A DNA stretch of 64,000 bases from an uncultured Spirochaetota bacterium (GTDB lineage: Bacteria; Spirochaetota; Spirochaetia; SZUA-6; Fen-1364). A program made the position numbers and the translations under genes. Below are positions 38,438 to 48,431 of the stretch, one piece after another (the first letter of the stretch is position 1; every line of letters starts with the position of its first letter). Location of the stretch: assembly GCA_963845535.1 (NCBI GenBank), contig CAWJSK010000012.1:384001-448000 (forward strand), given 5' to 3'. A model generated the notes under the pieces. It was not told the origin of the DNA. It worked only from the letters and a program-made list of their open reading frames with translations, and made no database searches.

Positions 38438-40128
38438 CGTCTGAGAAGCTCGTCATTGGCATGGATTACGGGACGGACTCGGTCCGCGTAATGATCATCG
38501 ACGCGGAAAAGGGGACGGAGCTCGCCAACGAGGTGGCGTGGTACAAGCGATGGGCTGCGGGCAAGTACTGCGACCCGGCGAAGAACATGTTCCGCCAGCA
38601 CCCCCGTGACTACATCGAGGGGATGGAGGCCGCGGTCAAGGGAGCGCTGGCCAAGGTGGGAAAAAAAGCGGGCGCCCGCGTGGTGGGGATCGGGATAGAC
38701 ACCACTGGATCCACGCCTTGCGCAGTCGACCGCCAGGGCACGCCCCTTGCAATGGCGAAAGGCTTCGAAGAAAACCCCAACGCGATGTTCGTCCTGTGGA
38801 AGGACCACACGGCGGTGAAGGAAGCAGAGCTGATCAACAAGGTGGCGCGCACATGGGGAGGGACGGACTTCACGAAGTATGAAGGCGGCGTCTACTCCTC
38901 CGAGTGGTTCTGGTCCAAGATCCTCCATGTTGTGCGGGAAGACCGCGCGGTGCGTGCAGCCGCGTTTTCCTGGGTGGAGCATTGCGATTGGATGGCCGCG
39001 CTCCTGACGGGAACAAATGATCCCCTGACGATGAAGCGCAGCAGGTGCGCGGCCGGGCACAAAGCCATGTGGCACACCGAGTGGGGCGGGCTCCCCCCTG
39101 AGGAGTTCCTGACGAAGCTCGACCCGGTCCTCAAGGGCCTGCGGGCACGGTTGTTCTCGGAGACCTGGACGTCCGACGTCAAGGCGGGAGGGCTCACGGA
39201 GGAATGGGCCCGGCGCCTGGGGTTGAACCCGGGAACGGCGGTGGCCGTAGGAGCGTTCGACGCCCATATGGGCGGGGTTGGAGGCCAGATCACGGGCAAG
39301 ACGCTCGTGAAGATCATGGGGACCTCTACCTGCGACATGATGGTGGCGCCGCAGAAGGCCATCGGGACAAAGACCGTCCCTGGCATCTGCGGACAGGTGG
39401 ACGGGTCCATCATTCCCGGAATGATCGGATTGGAGGCCGGGCAGTCCGCGTTCGGAGACGTGTATGCCTGGTTCAAGGAAGTCCTCACGTGGCCGCTCAC
39501 GGTTCTGGGGCCGGCATCCGGCAAAGCGGGCCGGGGCGGGGCGGGGGCTGCCGTTGCCAGAATGAAAGAGGAGATCGAGGAGAAGCTGATAGACCGCCTT
39601 GCAGAGGAAGCCGCAAAAGTGGACCCCTCAGAATCCACTCTCCTTGCTCTGGACTGGCTCAACGGACGAAGAACCCCGTTCGCGGACCAGACGCTGAAAG
39701 GCGCAATCGTCGGCCTCACCCTCGGCACCACGGCGCCGAAGATCTTCCGCGCTCTGGTGGAAGCAACGGCATTCGGCTCACGGGCCATCGTGGAACAGTT
39801 CCGCAAGGAAGGGGTTCCCATCGACGCGGTCATAGCCTTGGGCGGGATTTCCCGCAAGAGCCCGTTCGTCATGCAGGTGACCGCTGATGTCCTGGGAATG
39901 CCCATCAAAGTGGCGGCATCAGACCAGACCGTGGCCCTGGGCGCGGGAATGTTCGCGGCAGTTGCCGCCGGGGTCTACAAGAACGTCTCGGACGCCCAGA
40001 AGAAGATGGGAAGCGGTTTCGACAAGACCTTCGTCCCCAACCGCAGAATGGTCGACGTGTACAACAAGCTCTACAAGAAATACGTGACCCTGGGGGAAAA
40101 CCTCCAGGCACTTCTCCAGGCGTTGTGA
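38434..40128 (+). CDS. araB: Ribulokinase
   Basis: DYGTDSVR, DTTGSTP, LWKDH, YSSEWFW, CAAGHKAMW, GICGQVDGS, DWLNGRRTP. Confidence 0.95.
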   Translation: MTSEKLVIGMDYGTDSVRVMIIDAEKGTELANEVAWYKRWAAGKYCDPAKNMFRQHPRDYIEGMEAAVKGALAKVGKKAGARVVGIGIDTTGSTPCAVDRQGTPLAMAKGFEENPNAMFVLWKDHTAVKEAELINKVARTWGGTDFTKYEGGVYSSEWFWSKILHVVREDRAVRAAAFSWVEHCDWMAALLTGTNDPLTMKRSRCAAGHKAMWHTEWGGLPPEEFLTKLDPVLKGLRARLFSETWTSDVKAGGLTEEWARRLGLNPGTAVAVGAFDAHMGGVGGQITGKTLVKIMGTSTCDMMVAPQKAIGTKTVPGICGQVDGSIIPGMIGLEAGQSAFGDVYAWFKEVLTWPLTVLGPASGKAGRGGAGAAVARMKEEIEEKLIDRLAEEAAKVDPSESTLLALDWLNGRRTPFADQTLKGAIVGLTLGTTAPKIFRALVEATAFGSRAIVEQFRKEGVPIDAVIALGGISRKSPFVMQVTADVLGMPIKVAASDQTVALGAGMFAAVAAGVYKNVSDAQKKMGSGFDKTFVPNRRMVDVYNKLYKKYVTLGENLQALLQAL

Positions 40129-40132
40129 CGCA

Positions 40133-40864
40133 ATGAAGACGGGATCCGCCATGAAGAAGAGAAACCAGCAGGGAATCAGAAAACTGCGGGAAGCAGTCTA
40201 TGAAGCGAACCTTGAGCTCGTCGAGAAAGGGCTCGTCGTGTCGACGTTCGGCAACGTCTCAGGGATCGACCGGGAGCTGGGGCTGATTGCCATCAAACCC
40301 AGCGGCGTGGAGTACGACGACCTCTCGCCGTCGAACATGGTGCTGCTGGACCTGGACGGCAAGCGCGTGGAGGGGACTCTGAACCCGTCCTCCGACACGA
40401 AGACCCACGTCTTCCTGTACAAGAGCTTCCCCGAGATCGGCGGGGTGGTGCACACGCATTCCCTTCACGCAACCGCGTGGGCGCAGGCCCGTCTCCCCCT
40501 GCCCTGCCTGGGGACCACGCATGCGGACTACTTCCACGGGCCCGTTCCCTGCACGGCCGTGATCACGGATGCGCAGATCGCACTGGATTACGAGGAGCAG
40601 ACCGCCGTCCAGATCACGGACGCGTTCAAGCGCATCGACTACCGGGAGATGCCGGCAGTGCTCGTGGCGTCCCACGGGCCGTTCACGTGGGGGAAAAGCC
40701 CGGCTGAGGCGGTCTACCATGCGTTCATCCTGGAATACGTGGCGCACATGAACGCCATTGCCGTTTCCGTGAACCCGCGCATACGGGGAGTCAGGCAGAC
40801 TCTTCTGGACAAGCACTTCCTGAGAAAGCACGGCAAGAACGCGTACTACGGCCAGAAGAAGTAG
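40133..40864 (+). CDS. araD: L-ribulose-5-phosphate 4-epimerase
   Basis: GNVS, IKPSGV, PSSDT, HTHS, GTTHADYF, HGPF, KHFLRKHG..AYYGQ. Confidence 0.95.
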   Translation: MKTGSAMKKRNQQGIRKLREAVYEANLELVEKGLVVSTFGNVSGIDRELGLIAIKPSGVEYDDLSPSNMVLLDLDGKRVEGTLNPSSDTKTHVFLYKSFPEIGGVVHTHSLHATAWAQARLPLPCLGTTHADYFHGPVPCTAVITDAQIALDYEEQTAVQITDAFKRIDYREMPAVLVASHGPFTWGKSPAEAVYHAFILEYVAHMNAIAVSVNPRIRGVRQTLLDKHFLRKHGKNAYYGQKK

Positions 40865-40865
40865 G

Positions 40866-40990
40866 CAGGGCCGGGGCGCAGCTCTTGCTTAGGACGAACG
40901 CCGGCCCTGGCGAAAACGTCGAAAGTGGAAAAGAGTCTGCCACTTTTCGCGTTTTCCCCAGGTGCGGCGCCCCCTCCTCCGGGGGAGCCG
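40866..40990. terminator. Series of hairpins between convergent araD and the sugar-binding gene
   Basis: CAGGGCCGG...CCGGCCCTG, GAAAGTGG...CCACTTTTC and a third GC hairpin. Confidence 0.45.
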
Positions 40991-40996
40991 TCTCCC

Positions 40997-42262
40997 CTAT
41001 CTGCCCAAACGCGCCTGGTCCGCTATCCCCTGCGCCGCGTTGGCCGCGGCCTCGGAGTCCTTGGTGGCAGTGTAGATCCCGATGACGTCGGCGAACTGGC
41101 TCACGAACCACTGCGGAGCTGTGACCCCGTGGGCCATGCTTCCGACGATCCTGCTCTCCCTCCAGTCCTTGATGGCCGAGCGGAAGTAGACGTCATACTT
41201 CTCCGCGTCCGAATCCTTGCGGGGAGAAATGGATCCGTTTGCCGGGTCGAAGACATCCTGCGCCTCCTTTGACCCCAGGAACATGAACCACTTGAAGGCG
41301 GACGCTTTGTCCTTGAACCCCTTCGGGAGGCAGAACGAGTCCGTGCGCGCAATGAATATCCCGTTCGTGCCGGGAGCAGGCACCCAGGCGAAGCCTTCTC
41401 CGGGAGTGAGCTTGAGCGTGTTGACGAGGTAGCTTTCGGCCCAGTCTCCGGCGTACGTGAAGGCGGACTCGCCCTTGACGACCCTGTCCATTGCCTGCTG
41501 CCAGGAAAGATCGGCGCCGTCGGTGTTGGCGAACTCAAGGGCCCTTCCAAAGTTCTCCCAGACCCGCACCACTCTGGGCTCCGTGAATCTCAACCGTCCC
41601 GTCCACAGCGCTGACCAGTCGTCCGGGCCCAGCGTGGCAACGGCAATCGACTCCCACAGATGGATGAGAGTTGATACGTTCCCAACGGCAATCGGGGCGG
41701 CTACACCCGCATCCTTCAACTTGCGGCATATGGCAAAAAGGCCTTCCATGGTCCGCGGCGGATCCATGCCCCAGCCGGAGAGCCGGGCGGGGATATACCA
41801 CAGCACATTGCTGCGATTGACCGCCAGGGGCACGCTCCAGATGCCGGTCTTTGTCGACAGGAGCGCAATCAGGTCACGAGGAAAGACGGCGCTCCATCCC
41901 TGTGTCTTGTAGAATCCCGAAAGGTCTTCGAGGCGGTTCGAGATCACCCAGGTGTCGAAGAGGTCCTGGCCGCCGCGCGCCTGGAACGTGTCAGGCGGGT
42001 TGCCGACGAGCATCCGGGTCCTCAGGACCGCGCGAGCATCTGCCTCCGGACCGACTGTGGCGGTCACGTTCGTCACGGCCACGTCCGGATAGAGTGAATT
42101 GTATTTCTGCACAAGGGCTTGCAGGCCGGCGTCGCTGTCACCGGTCCACCAGGAGAACAACTCGAGCTTCTCCTGGCCAAAGGCGGCAGACGAAACAAGG
42201 AGTGTCATGCCGGCAGCAAGAATTGCGAACGCCTTTCGGCTCATTCCATTTCCTCCGTTCAC
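40997..42262 (-). CDS. Sugar ABC transporter substrate-binding protein (no adjacent permease)
   Basis: Signal peptide; FSWWTG, GNPPDTFQ, R.N.LWY, GDWA, GSISPR, SMAHG. Confidence 0.9.
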   Translation of the reverse strand: MNGGNGMSRKAFAILAAGMTLLVSSAAFGQEKLELFSWWTGDSDAGLQALVQKYNSLYPDVAVTNVTATVGPEADARAVLRTRMLVGNPPDTFQARGGQDLFDTWVISNRLEDLSGFYKTQGWSAVFPRDLIALLSTKTGIWSVPLAVNRSNVLWYIPARLSGWGMDPPRTMEGLFAICRKLKDAGVAAPIAVGNVSTLIHLWESIAVATLGPDDWSALWTGRLRFTEPRVVRVWENFGRALEFANTDGADLSWQQAMDRVVKGESAFTYAGDWAESYLVNTLKLTPGEGFAWVPAPGTNGIFIARTDSFCLPKGFKDKASAFKWFMFLGSKEAQDVFDPANGSISPRKDSDAEKYDVYFRSAIKDWRESRIVGSMAHGVTAPQWFVSQFADVIGIYTATKDSEAAANAAQGIADQARLGR

Positions 42263-42329
42263 AAAGCGAATACAGCATTATTATCGGCGCCTTGCCCCAT
42301 GGTCAACCAAAAGGAGGGACCTTTCGGTC

Positions 42330-42399
42330 GGTGGACCTCGTTCGGTGGACCTCGTTGGGTGGATCTCGTTGGGCGAACCTCGTTGGGTGAAGCTCATTC
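42330..42399. repeat. Five-copy 14-bp degenerate tandem repeat
   Basis: GGTGGACCTCGTTC / GGTGGACCTCGTTG / GGTGGATCTCGTTG / GGCGAACCTCGTTG / GGTGAAGCTCATTC. Confidence 0.85.
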
Positions 42400-42453
42400 A
42401 CCGGATTGACGCCGTGATGGGGCCGGACTATTGTGTGCTCGAGGGGGGCTTGC

Positions 42454-42921
42454 ATGCAGTTGTGGGGCAAGCGGCAGGAGGAGAGCCCGGCCGATTTCTG
42501 GCGCAAGACGGGAGAAAAAAGGGGCGGTGAAATCGGTTTCTTCACTTTTGCCACGCTCCTGGGACGCTCGGGTGACGGTCCGCTGGGCCTGCCGGGGCTC
42601 CTGTACACCGTGGGGGAGAGGGTCTGGTTCGAGGACTTCGAAAGGGACAACTGGCTTTCGAAAATCCTCGGTTCCCGCCAGAAATACGAGAAGACTGAGT
42701 TCTGCTTCGACAGGTCCGAGGTGACGTTCAGCCGCGTCGTCTCACGAAGCAACGCTTATCGATGCATCGGAGGGGGGGTGACCCCGGACGCCCTCCGCGC
42801 AATGTCGTCATTCGGCAGGCTTTTTTCAGGGCACGCGCTCCAGGTGGGCTTGCAGGATTCATCGTCGGTGTTCCTGGAGGTCATGCGGGAGAGCGAGCTT
42901 CGGGGATTTCTGGGCAAGTAA
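42454..42921 (+). CDS. Hypothetical protein
   Basis: Preceded by TTGACG-N17-TATTGT and GAGGGGG; followed by a hairpin. Confidence 0.6.
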   Translation: MQLWGKRQEESPADFWRKTGEKRGGEIGFFTFATLLGRSGDGPLGLPGLLYTVGERVWFEDFERDNWLSKILGSRQKYEKTEFCFDRSEVTFSRVVSRSNAYRCIGGGVTPDALRAMSSFGRLFSGHALQVGLQDSSSVFLEVMRESELRGFLGK

Positions 42922-42945
42922 GGGGGGCTTTCGCCCCCCCCCCCG
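42922..42945. terminator. GC hairpin between convergent genes
   Basis: GGGGGGC-TTTC-GCCCCCC. Confidence 0.5.
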
Positions 42946-42949
42946 CGTC

Positions 42950-44065
42950 TCATTTCACGCGCGCTGCCTGCTCTGCAATGATCTGAGTGACTTTGATGTC
43001 GAATGCGTCGCCTCCCCCGGCCGCCATGAGCCGGGCGCGTTCTTTTTCGATGTAGTCGGCCCGCTTCTTCGAAAGCTCAGCGAGCTTGACGTTGAGCGCG
43101 TCTCGCTTTGCCTGCAAGGCGGCAAGAGAAGCCTTTCGCGCCGCGGGCGTCATCCGTTGCATCTCCGGGGGAAGCTCCTCCGCCCTCAGGCGGTCCACGT
43201 CCACCTTCCCGTCCTTGCTGTCCTCCAGCAGGTCGCCGGTGCCCTGGATGGCTTTGCCGCCGCTTGCCAGATTGTATGCCGCCCTGTCCGCGGCCACCGA
43301 GGCGGGCGCGGCGGATGCCTTTGCAACTTTTCCGAGGGATTCCTTCTGCCTCGTCGAGTCTCCGTACGGGATGACGGTGGAGCCTATCTCCGCGCTGGCC
43401 CGGGCAATCTCATCGTCGAACGGGGTCGTCATGGCGGTCATGTTTCCGGATTGCGCAAGCGCCACGTATGATCCGTCCGCCCGGCGCGCGATCTCCTTCC
43501 ACACTGCCGCGGTTTCCGCAACGTCGCCGCACTGCACCGTGTCAATGATGATCCCTTGCTTCACGGCTTCCCGGGCGGTGACCGGGTACTTCACGTCATC
43601 CGGGTAGTCCATATGGGGCGGGTAGTCACCCACGAGGAAAATGATCTTCAGCACCTTGGGGCCGGGCGTCCAGCCAAGGTCGGTCACGGCTTCGTGCAGG
43701 GCCTGGTTCACGCTCTCGGGATCATCCCCGCCGCCGTCCGCCGTGATCGACTGGAGGTTCCTGTACACCGAATCGATGTCTTCGGTCAGGTCGAACCGCC
43801 TCGTCACGTATTCGTCTCCCTTGTCGCGATAGGTCACCAGCCCGATCCTCACTTCGGGCGTCGGTTTTCGCGCGATGATGTCATTTGCGATGGACCAGAT
43901 CTTCTCTTTCGCCCCGTCGATCAGCCCCCCCATGGAACCCGTGGAGTCAAGAACGAACGTGACCTCGACGCGCGGCTTCGGCGCCGCGGCGCCCGCGGAG
44001 AACCCGCTCACAACGAATACGACCGCCGCAATCGAAACAAGGACAAATGACGCACAAGCCTTCAT
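42950..44065 (-). CDS. Secreted vWA-domain protein
   Basis: Signal peptide; MIDAS DSTGS, VTYRD, GGGDDPES, VGD.PPH. Confidence 0.9.
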   Translation of the reverse strand: MKACASFVLVSIAAVVFVVSGFSAGAAAPKPRVEVTFVLDSTGSMGGLIDGAKEKIWSIANDIIARKPTPEVRIGLVTYRDKGDEYVTRRFDLTEDIDSVYRNLQSITADGGGDDPESVNQALHEAVTDLGWTPGPKVLKIIFLVGDYPPHMDYPDDVKYPVTAREAVKQGIIIDTVQCGDVAETAAVWKEIARRADGSYVALAQSGNMTAMTTPFDDEIARASAEIGSTVIPYGDSTRQKESLGKVAKASAAPASVAADRAAYNLASGGKAIQGTGDLLEDSKDGKVDVDRLRAEELPPEMQRMTPAARKASLAALQAKRDALNVKLAELSKKRADYIEKERARLMAAGGGDAFDIKVTQIIAEQAARVK

Positions 44066-44077
44066 GTTTGCCTCCCC

Positions 44078-46378
44078 CTAGTTCCTGATGTTGTAGAGAG
44101 TGTCGCCGACGACGACATCCATTTCGCTTCCCAGGGCAAGCCAGGAGGAAACCTCCGGGTTGCTGCCCAGGAGCTCGAAGTATTCCCGGCTGCCGAACCT
44201 GACCTGCTTCTGTTTCAAGGAGCGCTTCTTCTGCGCGCTGGAATCCGTCCAGACGTCCCCGTTCTGGTAGAAGGCGCGGCCGTTGACCACCCGCACCTGC
44301 TGGGCGTAGTTGTTTTTCTGCGATGCCCGATATCCCGCCGACGCGGGCGCCTGCGACGCTTTTTCCAGGCCGGAGGTCTGGGCGGCTTGCCCTTCGTTCA
44401 CGCTGGCTTTCAGGTCGTTCATCGCCATCGAGTTCTGCACGGCCGGAGCGCCCGCCCGGCTGGATTCGGAGAAGGCCTCCTTGCGCACGGAGTCGAGCCT
44501 GCTCTGCGCCTTGTCACGCGCGCCGCGGTCCTCTTCCAACTCCTGGAAGGATCGAAGTGGAACGGGCACATTTCGCTTCTCCTCGTCCTCCAGGATCAGT
44601 GAGGCGGTGTACGGCGTGACGATCCCGAACTCCCGCGCAAGTCGGATCACTTCGTCCTTCAGCTCCGCGGATTCCCCGTGCAGCCTGATTTCATCCAGGA
44701 GCCAACCAACTCGGCGCGTAGCCCACAGCCGCGGCATGAAATCGTTCCCGGCCTCAGCGGCGGGAAAGCTCAAGGGCGCGGCGAACTCCCGCTTCTTCCC
44801 GTTGAACTGGCCGCTGATCCTGACCGCGCCGGCGCCGCTGCCCGAGTAGCGCCCGAACACGACCAGGGTGTCTCCATTGAACAGGTCGGGAAGCTGGGCA
44901 GGGAGGACCTGCGTTACGCGGACCCCGGGGTTCGAGAAGGACAACGTCAGGTCGGAGAATACCGGCTCGTTGATCTTGGAATAGAAGGAGCTCACCTTCA
45001 CCTCGATGTCTTCTTCGGGAAGCACGTACTGGCTCACCGCGCGCGTCTCCGAAGCAATCCTGTCCAGGAGGTGCGCGTTCACATCCGTGCCGATCCCGAA
45101 AGAGAAGATGCGCGTGGCCCGGCCGGCGTGCGCAGCCCGGCCCACCAGCGCGTCCTCAGAGGTCTCGCCAACGGTGGGAATCCCGTCGGTCAGGAAAATG
45201 ATCATGGTCGGCCTGTCCTCGGGACCGCGCAGCGCAAGAGCGCTGTCCAGCGCGTCAGCAATCGCCGTTCCCCCCATCGCGGAAAGTCCATCGATGAAAT
45301 CGTAGGCTTTGCCGAGGTGCTCCGGGTCCGCCGCAACGAGGTCCTTGAAAAGCGGCTCGGCTTCCGTGGAGAAGCGCACCACGTCGAACCTGTCCCGCGG
45401 GGACAGGCTTTCCAGGCAGAAGCGGAGTGCTTTCTTGGCCTGGGCCAGCTTGGGGCCTGCCATGGACCCCGAGGTGTCCAGAACGAAACAGACGTCCTTG
45501 GGCGCGATGCCGTTCTTTTCCACCGTCATGCCGGGGGACGCAAGGAGCACGAAATATCCGTCCTGCCCCGCCTGCCTGCTCGCTACAAAGTCGATTCCCA
45601 ACGGGTTGGGGGCGCGGGAGAAAATGACCTTGAAATCCGTATCCGGCCAGGCGTCCCTTGCCTCCCAACCCACCACGGCGCGCTTGTCCCCTTCGCGCTT
45701 GATTTCCACGTCGTGGCTCGGGCTGTAGACGCTCTTCAGCGGCTCGTCGCCGTCAATGGTCATCTTCACGGAGACCTGGGACACCGGGATGGAGCTGAAC
45801 TTCTCAGTGCCCAGCGTGTACACGTACTCCGCCATGCCGGAGTCGCTCGTGAGGAGCTGGGTGTACCTGATCTTGATCCTCTTGCCGGACTGAGGCTCGA
45901 TGGGAAAAATGCGCAACGTGAAAGCGCCGCGGCCGGCGTATTCCAGGAGCGCGGGATCCCGCTCCTTGCGCACGATGTCCTCGTACAGAGACCTGGCCTT
46001 GTCCGCGGGAAGCAGCTCACCCTCCACCATTTTTCCACCCACCTCCATGGAGAACCGGTCGATGTGGGCGCCGGCGGGAATGGGGAAGACGTATGTGCCT
46101 TCCAACCGCGCGTTGCTCGCGTTGTAGAACTCCTGGTCAACCTCGGTGACGGCAACGAGCCCGTTCACGCTGACGTTCACGCGGTGGTAGAGGACCTGCA
46201 GCGGCGCAAACCCGAAGTGCCCCGGTGCCGCCGTCGGCGGATTGCTGACGACAATCAGCCCGTCAGCATGTGCAGTTGCCTGCGCCGCAAGAGCCAGAAA
46301 CGCCACCACTGTCCAGAGGAAAACCCGCCGCCCCCTTTTCGGGGCGTCAGACCGCGGAAGGACCCCATCTCCATTCAT
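44078..46378 (-). CDS. Secreted VIT + vWA domain protein
   Basis: VIT (DQEFYN...LEGTYVFP...DPALLEY), MIDAS DTSGS, FLTDG.PT, RLWA.RR, IVTPYT. Confidence 0.9.
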   Translation of the reverse strand: MNGDGVLPRSDAPKRGRRVFLWTVVAFLALAAQATAHADGLIVVSNPPTAAPGHFGFAPLQVLYHRVNVSVNGLVAVTEVDQEFYNASNARLEGTYVFPIPAGAHIDRFSMEVGGKMVEGELLPADKARSLYEDIVRKERDPALLEYAGRGAFTLRIFPIEPQSGKRIKIRYTQLLTSDSGMAEYVYTLGTEKFSSIPVSQVSVKMTIDGDEPLKSVYSPSHDVEIKREGDKRAVVGWEARDAWPDTDFKVIFSRAPNPLGIDFVASRQAGQDGYFVLLASPGMTVEKNGIAPKDVCFVLDTSGSMAGPKLAQAKKALRFCLESLSPRDRFDVVRFSTEAEPLFKDLVAADPEHLGKAYDFIDGLSAMGGTAIADALDSALALRGPEDRPTMIIFLTDGIPTVGETSEDALVGRAAHAGRATRIFSFGIGTDVNAHLLDRIASETRAVSQYVLPEEDIEVKVSSFYSKINEPVFSDLTLSFSNPGVRVTQVLPAQLPDLFNGDTLVVFGRYSGSGAGAVRISGQFNGKKREFAAPLSFPAAEAGNDFMPRLWATRRVGWLLDEIRLHGESAELKDEVIRLAREFGIVTPYTASLILEDEEKRNVPVPLRSFQELEEDRGARDKAQSRLDSVRKEAFSESSRAGAPAVQNSMAMNDLKASVNEGQAAQTSGLEKASQAPASAGYRASQKNNYAQQVRVVNGRAFYQNGDVWTDSSAQKKRSLKQKQVRFGSREYFELLGSNPEVSSWLALGSEMDVVVGDTLYNIRN

Positions 46379-46517
46379 ACGCGCCTCCTGTAGCTCGTGA
46401 TGCAGACAGTGTGGCGCGCGCAGGGCCGGCGGTTGTCAGAAAGGGGAAAAAGGATTGTAAAAGTGATGTAAAGGCGGGTCGATCAGTCGAGCGGCGCGGT
46501 CAGCTCCGCGGGGCTTT

Positions 46518-47729
46518 TTATTCTATCCCGAACTGCTTTTCCAGCTTTTCGTAGTAGTCGATGACCTGCCGCACCCACTTCCTCTTCTCGATATACGGCC
46601 GGTAATAGAAAGAGCGCTTGAAGCCGTAGACGATGATGTCCTTGAGCTGGTCCGGGGGGATGGAGAAATTGTCCAGCGCCAGCGTCAGCTCGCGCGTAAC
46701 GGAGGTGTGGGACACGAGGCGGTTGTCCGTACAGAACGTCAGGGAGAGGCGATAGTCCAGCATCTTCTGCAATGAATGATCGCGAACGTCGACGAGCCCC
46801 GGCGAGGTCTGCAGGTTGCTCGTCAGGCAGACCTCGACCGTGGTCCTGTTCTCCGCGATGTAGTTTACCAGGTTTTCCACGTATGCCTTCTTCTCCCGTT
46901 CGGTGCCCGTGGAGATCATGTGCTCGTCGAACATGTGAAGGCCGTGACCGATCCTGTCCGCGTGCAGCTTGGCGATTGCCTGGAAGACCGATTCGGGGCC
47001 GTAGGCCTCTCCGGCGTGGACCGTCTTCTTGAGGAAATGCCGGTGCACGTATTCGTAGGCTTCCTCATGCTCGCTCGCGGGATAACCCTCTTCACTCCCG
47101 GCGAGGTCGAACCCGACCACCTGCATGTCGGTTTCCCGGCGAAGCTGCACCGCGGCGCGCGCCAGCTCCAGCCCGGCGGTCCGGATGATGTCCAGGCTGG
47201 TCGAGGAGGAAAGAAGCCGCGAGAGGTTTCGATAATACTCGGAAAACTCAGGGGTGAAGAAGCGCATGGCGCAGAGGATGATCCCGTAGTCGAACGGCGG
47301 TTCGGTTGGAGGGAGCGCCCTGTTGATCTCCGTCCTGGCCCGGCGGAGCCCCGTGTCCACGGCGCGTACCACTTCCTCGAGGTTCAAGGAAGGGGACATA
47401 TGGAGCTGGGGAGCAAAGCGGACCTCGAGATACCGTACCCCTTCGGCCCAGTTGTCCATGGCGAGCTCGAACGCAGACCGCTGGAGACCCTCCGTGTCCT
47501 GGAGGACTTTCAGCGTCCAGGTGAATCCCGAAAGGTACTCCACGAGGTTGGCATAGGAAGACTTGAAGACCGTCTCGTTCAGGCCTTCCTCCGTGACGGA
47601 GGGAAGCTTGATTTTTCGTTCACGCGCCATCTCGATCAGGCTGGAAACCCTCAGAGAGCCGTCGAGATGCACGTGCAGATCTGTCTTGGGAATGGCGCGG
47701 ATGAAGGCCGGATCATATTTATATACCAT
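46518..47729 (-). CDS. add: Adenosine deaminase
   Basis: PKTDLHVHLDGS, EVRFAP, GFDLAG.E, TVHAGE, RIGHG, EVC.TSN, TDN. Confidence 0.92.
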   Translation of the reverse strand: MVYKYDPAFIRAIPKTDLHVHLDGSLRVSSLIEMARERKIKLPSVTEEGLNETVFKSSYANLVEYLSGFTWTLKVLQDTEGLQRSAFELAMDNWAEGVRYLEVRFAPQLHMSPSLNLEEVVRAVDTGLRRARTEINRALPPTEPPFDYGIILCAMRFFTPEFSEYYRNLSRLLSSSTSLDIIRTAGLELARAAVQLRRETDMQVVGFDLAGSEEGYPASEHEEAYEYVHRHFLKKTVHAGEAYGPESVFQAIAKLHADRIGHGLHMFDEHMISTGTEREKKAYVENLVNYIAENRTTVEVCLTSNLQTSPGLVDVRDHSLQKMLDYRLSLTFCTDNRLVSHTSVTRELTLALDNFSIPPDQLKDIIVYGFKRSFYYRPYIEKRKWVRQVIDYYEKLEKQFGIE

Positions 47730-47858
47730 TCCTTGTGACGATATAGAGCCGGGATGGGCTGGTCAAGGTCGACCGGGAGCGCTATCGACCAGGAGCGCGA
47801 GCCGTCCGCGCCTCCGCGGACCTTGTGGAGCAAGCCTGGGCGCGTGTAGCATCCGCGC

Positions 47859-48431
47859 ATGGAGACAGTCTCCTGCGTTGTGCCGGCCGCCGGGCGTTCC
47901 TCACGGATGGGTCTCTGGAAGCCGCTCCTTCCCTTCCGCGGATCCACCATCATCCAGACGGTCGTTGCCGCTGCGTTGTCCGCATGCGAGCGGGTCATCG
48001 TTGTCACGGGCTACCGGGGGGCTGAGCTGGAAGCGCTCCTGCAAGGGAACCGGAGGGTGACCGTTGCAGCAAACCCTGTTTGGGAGACGGGGATGTTCTC
48101 CTCGATTCAGCACGGCGTCTCATGCGTGAACACCGAGCGGTTCTTCATCGTTCTCGCCGACAAACCGTTCATCAGGCCGGAAGCCTATATGTCCCTGCTC
48201 CGCGCCGAACGCGCTGACGCCATATTCCCCGTTTTCAAGGGGGAAAGGGGGCACCCTGTCCTCCTCAGTGGCGCGGTTCGGGAGGCGGTGCTGGCTGCCG
48301 ACTCGAGCACCGCTTCCATGCCGAACGTGCTTTCACGCTTTACGGGAGAAGAAGTCCCATGGCCAGACGACTCTGTTGTCCGAGACATCGACACCCGTGA
48401 GCAGTACGATGCCGGCGCAGGCGTCTCATGA
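47859..48431 (+). CDS. MocA-like molybdopterin cofactor nucleotidyltransferase
   Basis: AAGRSSRMG..K.LL, GMFSSI..G, LADKP, GHPV, DIDT. Confidence 0.85.
   Translation: METVSCVVPAAGRSSRMGLWKPLLPFRGSTIIQTVVAAALSACERVIVVTGYRGAELEALLQGNRRVTVAANPVWETGMFSSIQHGVSCVNTERFFIVLADKPFIRPEAYMSLLRAERADAIFPVFKGERGHPVLLSGAVREAVLAADSSTASMPNVLSRFTGEEVPWPDDSVVRDIDTREQYDAGAGVS

Noticed and set aside
42330..42399. CRISPR array
   Set aside because: Units are 14 bp, contiguous and have no spacers; no cas genes in the window.
44678..46393. 571-aa antisense ORF (and similar long antisense ORFs elsewhere)
   Set aside because: Mirror of a well-supported gene, explained by high-GC codon bias.
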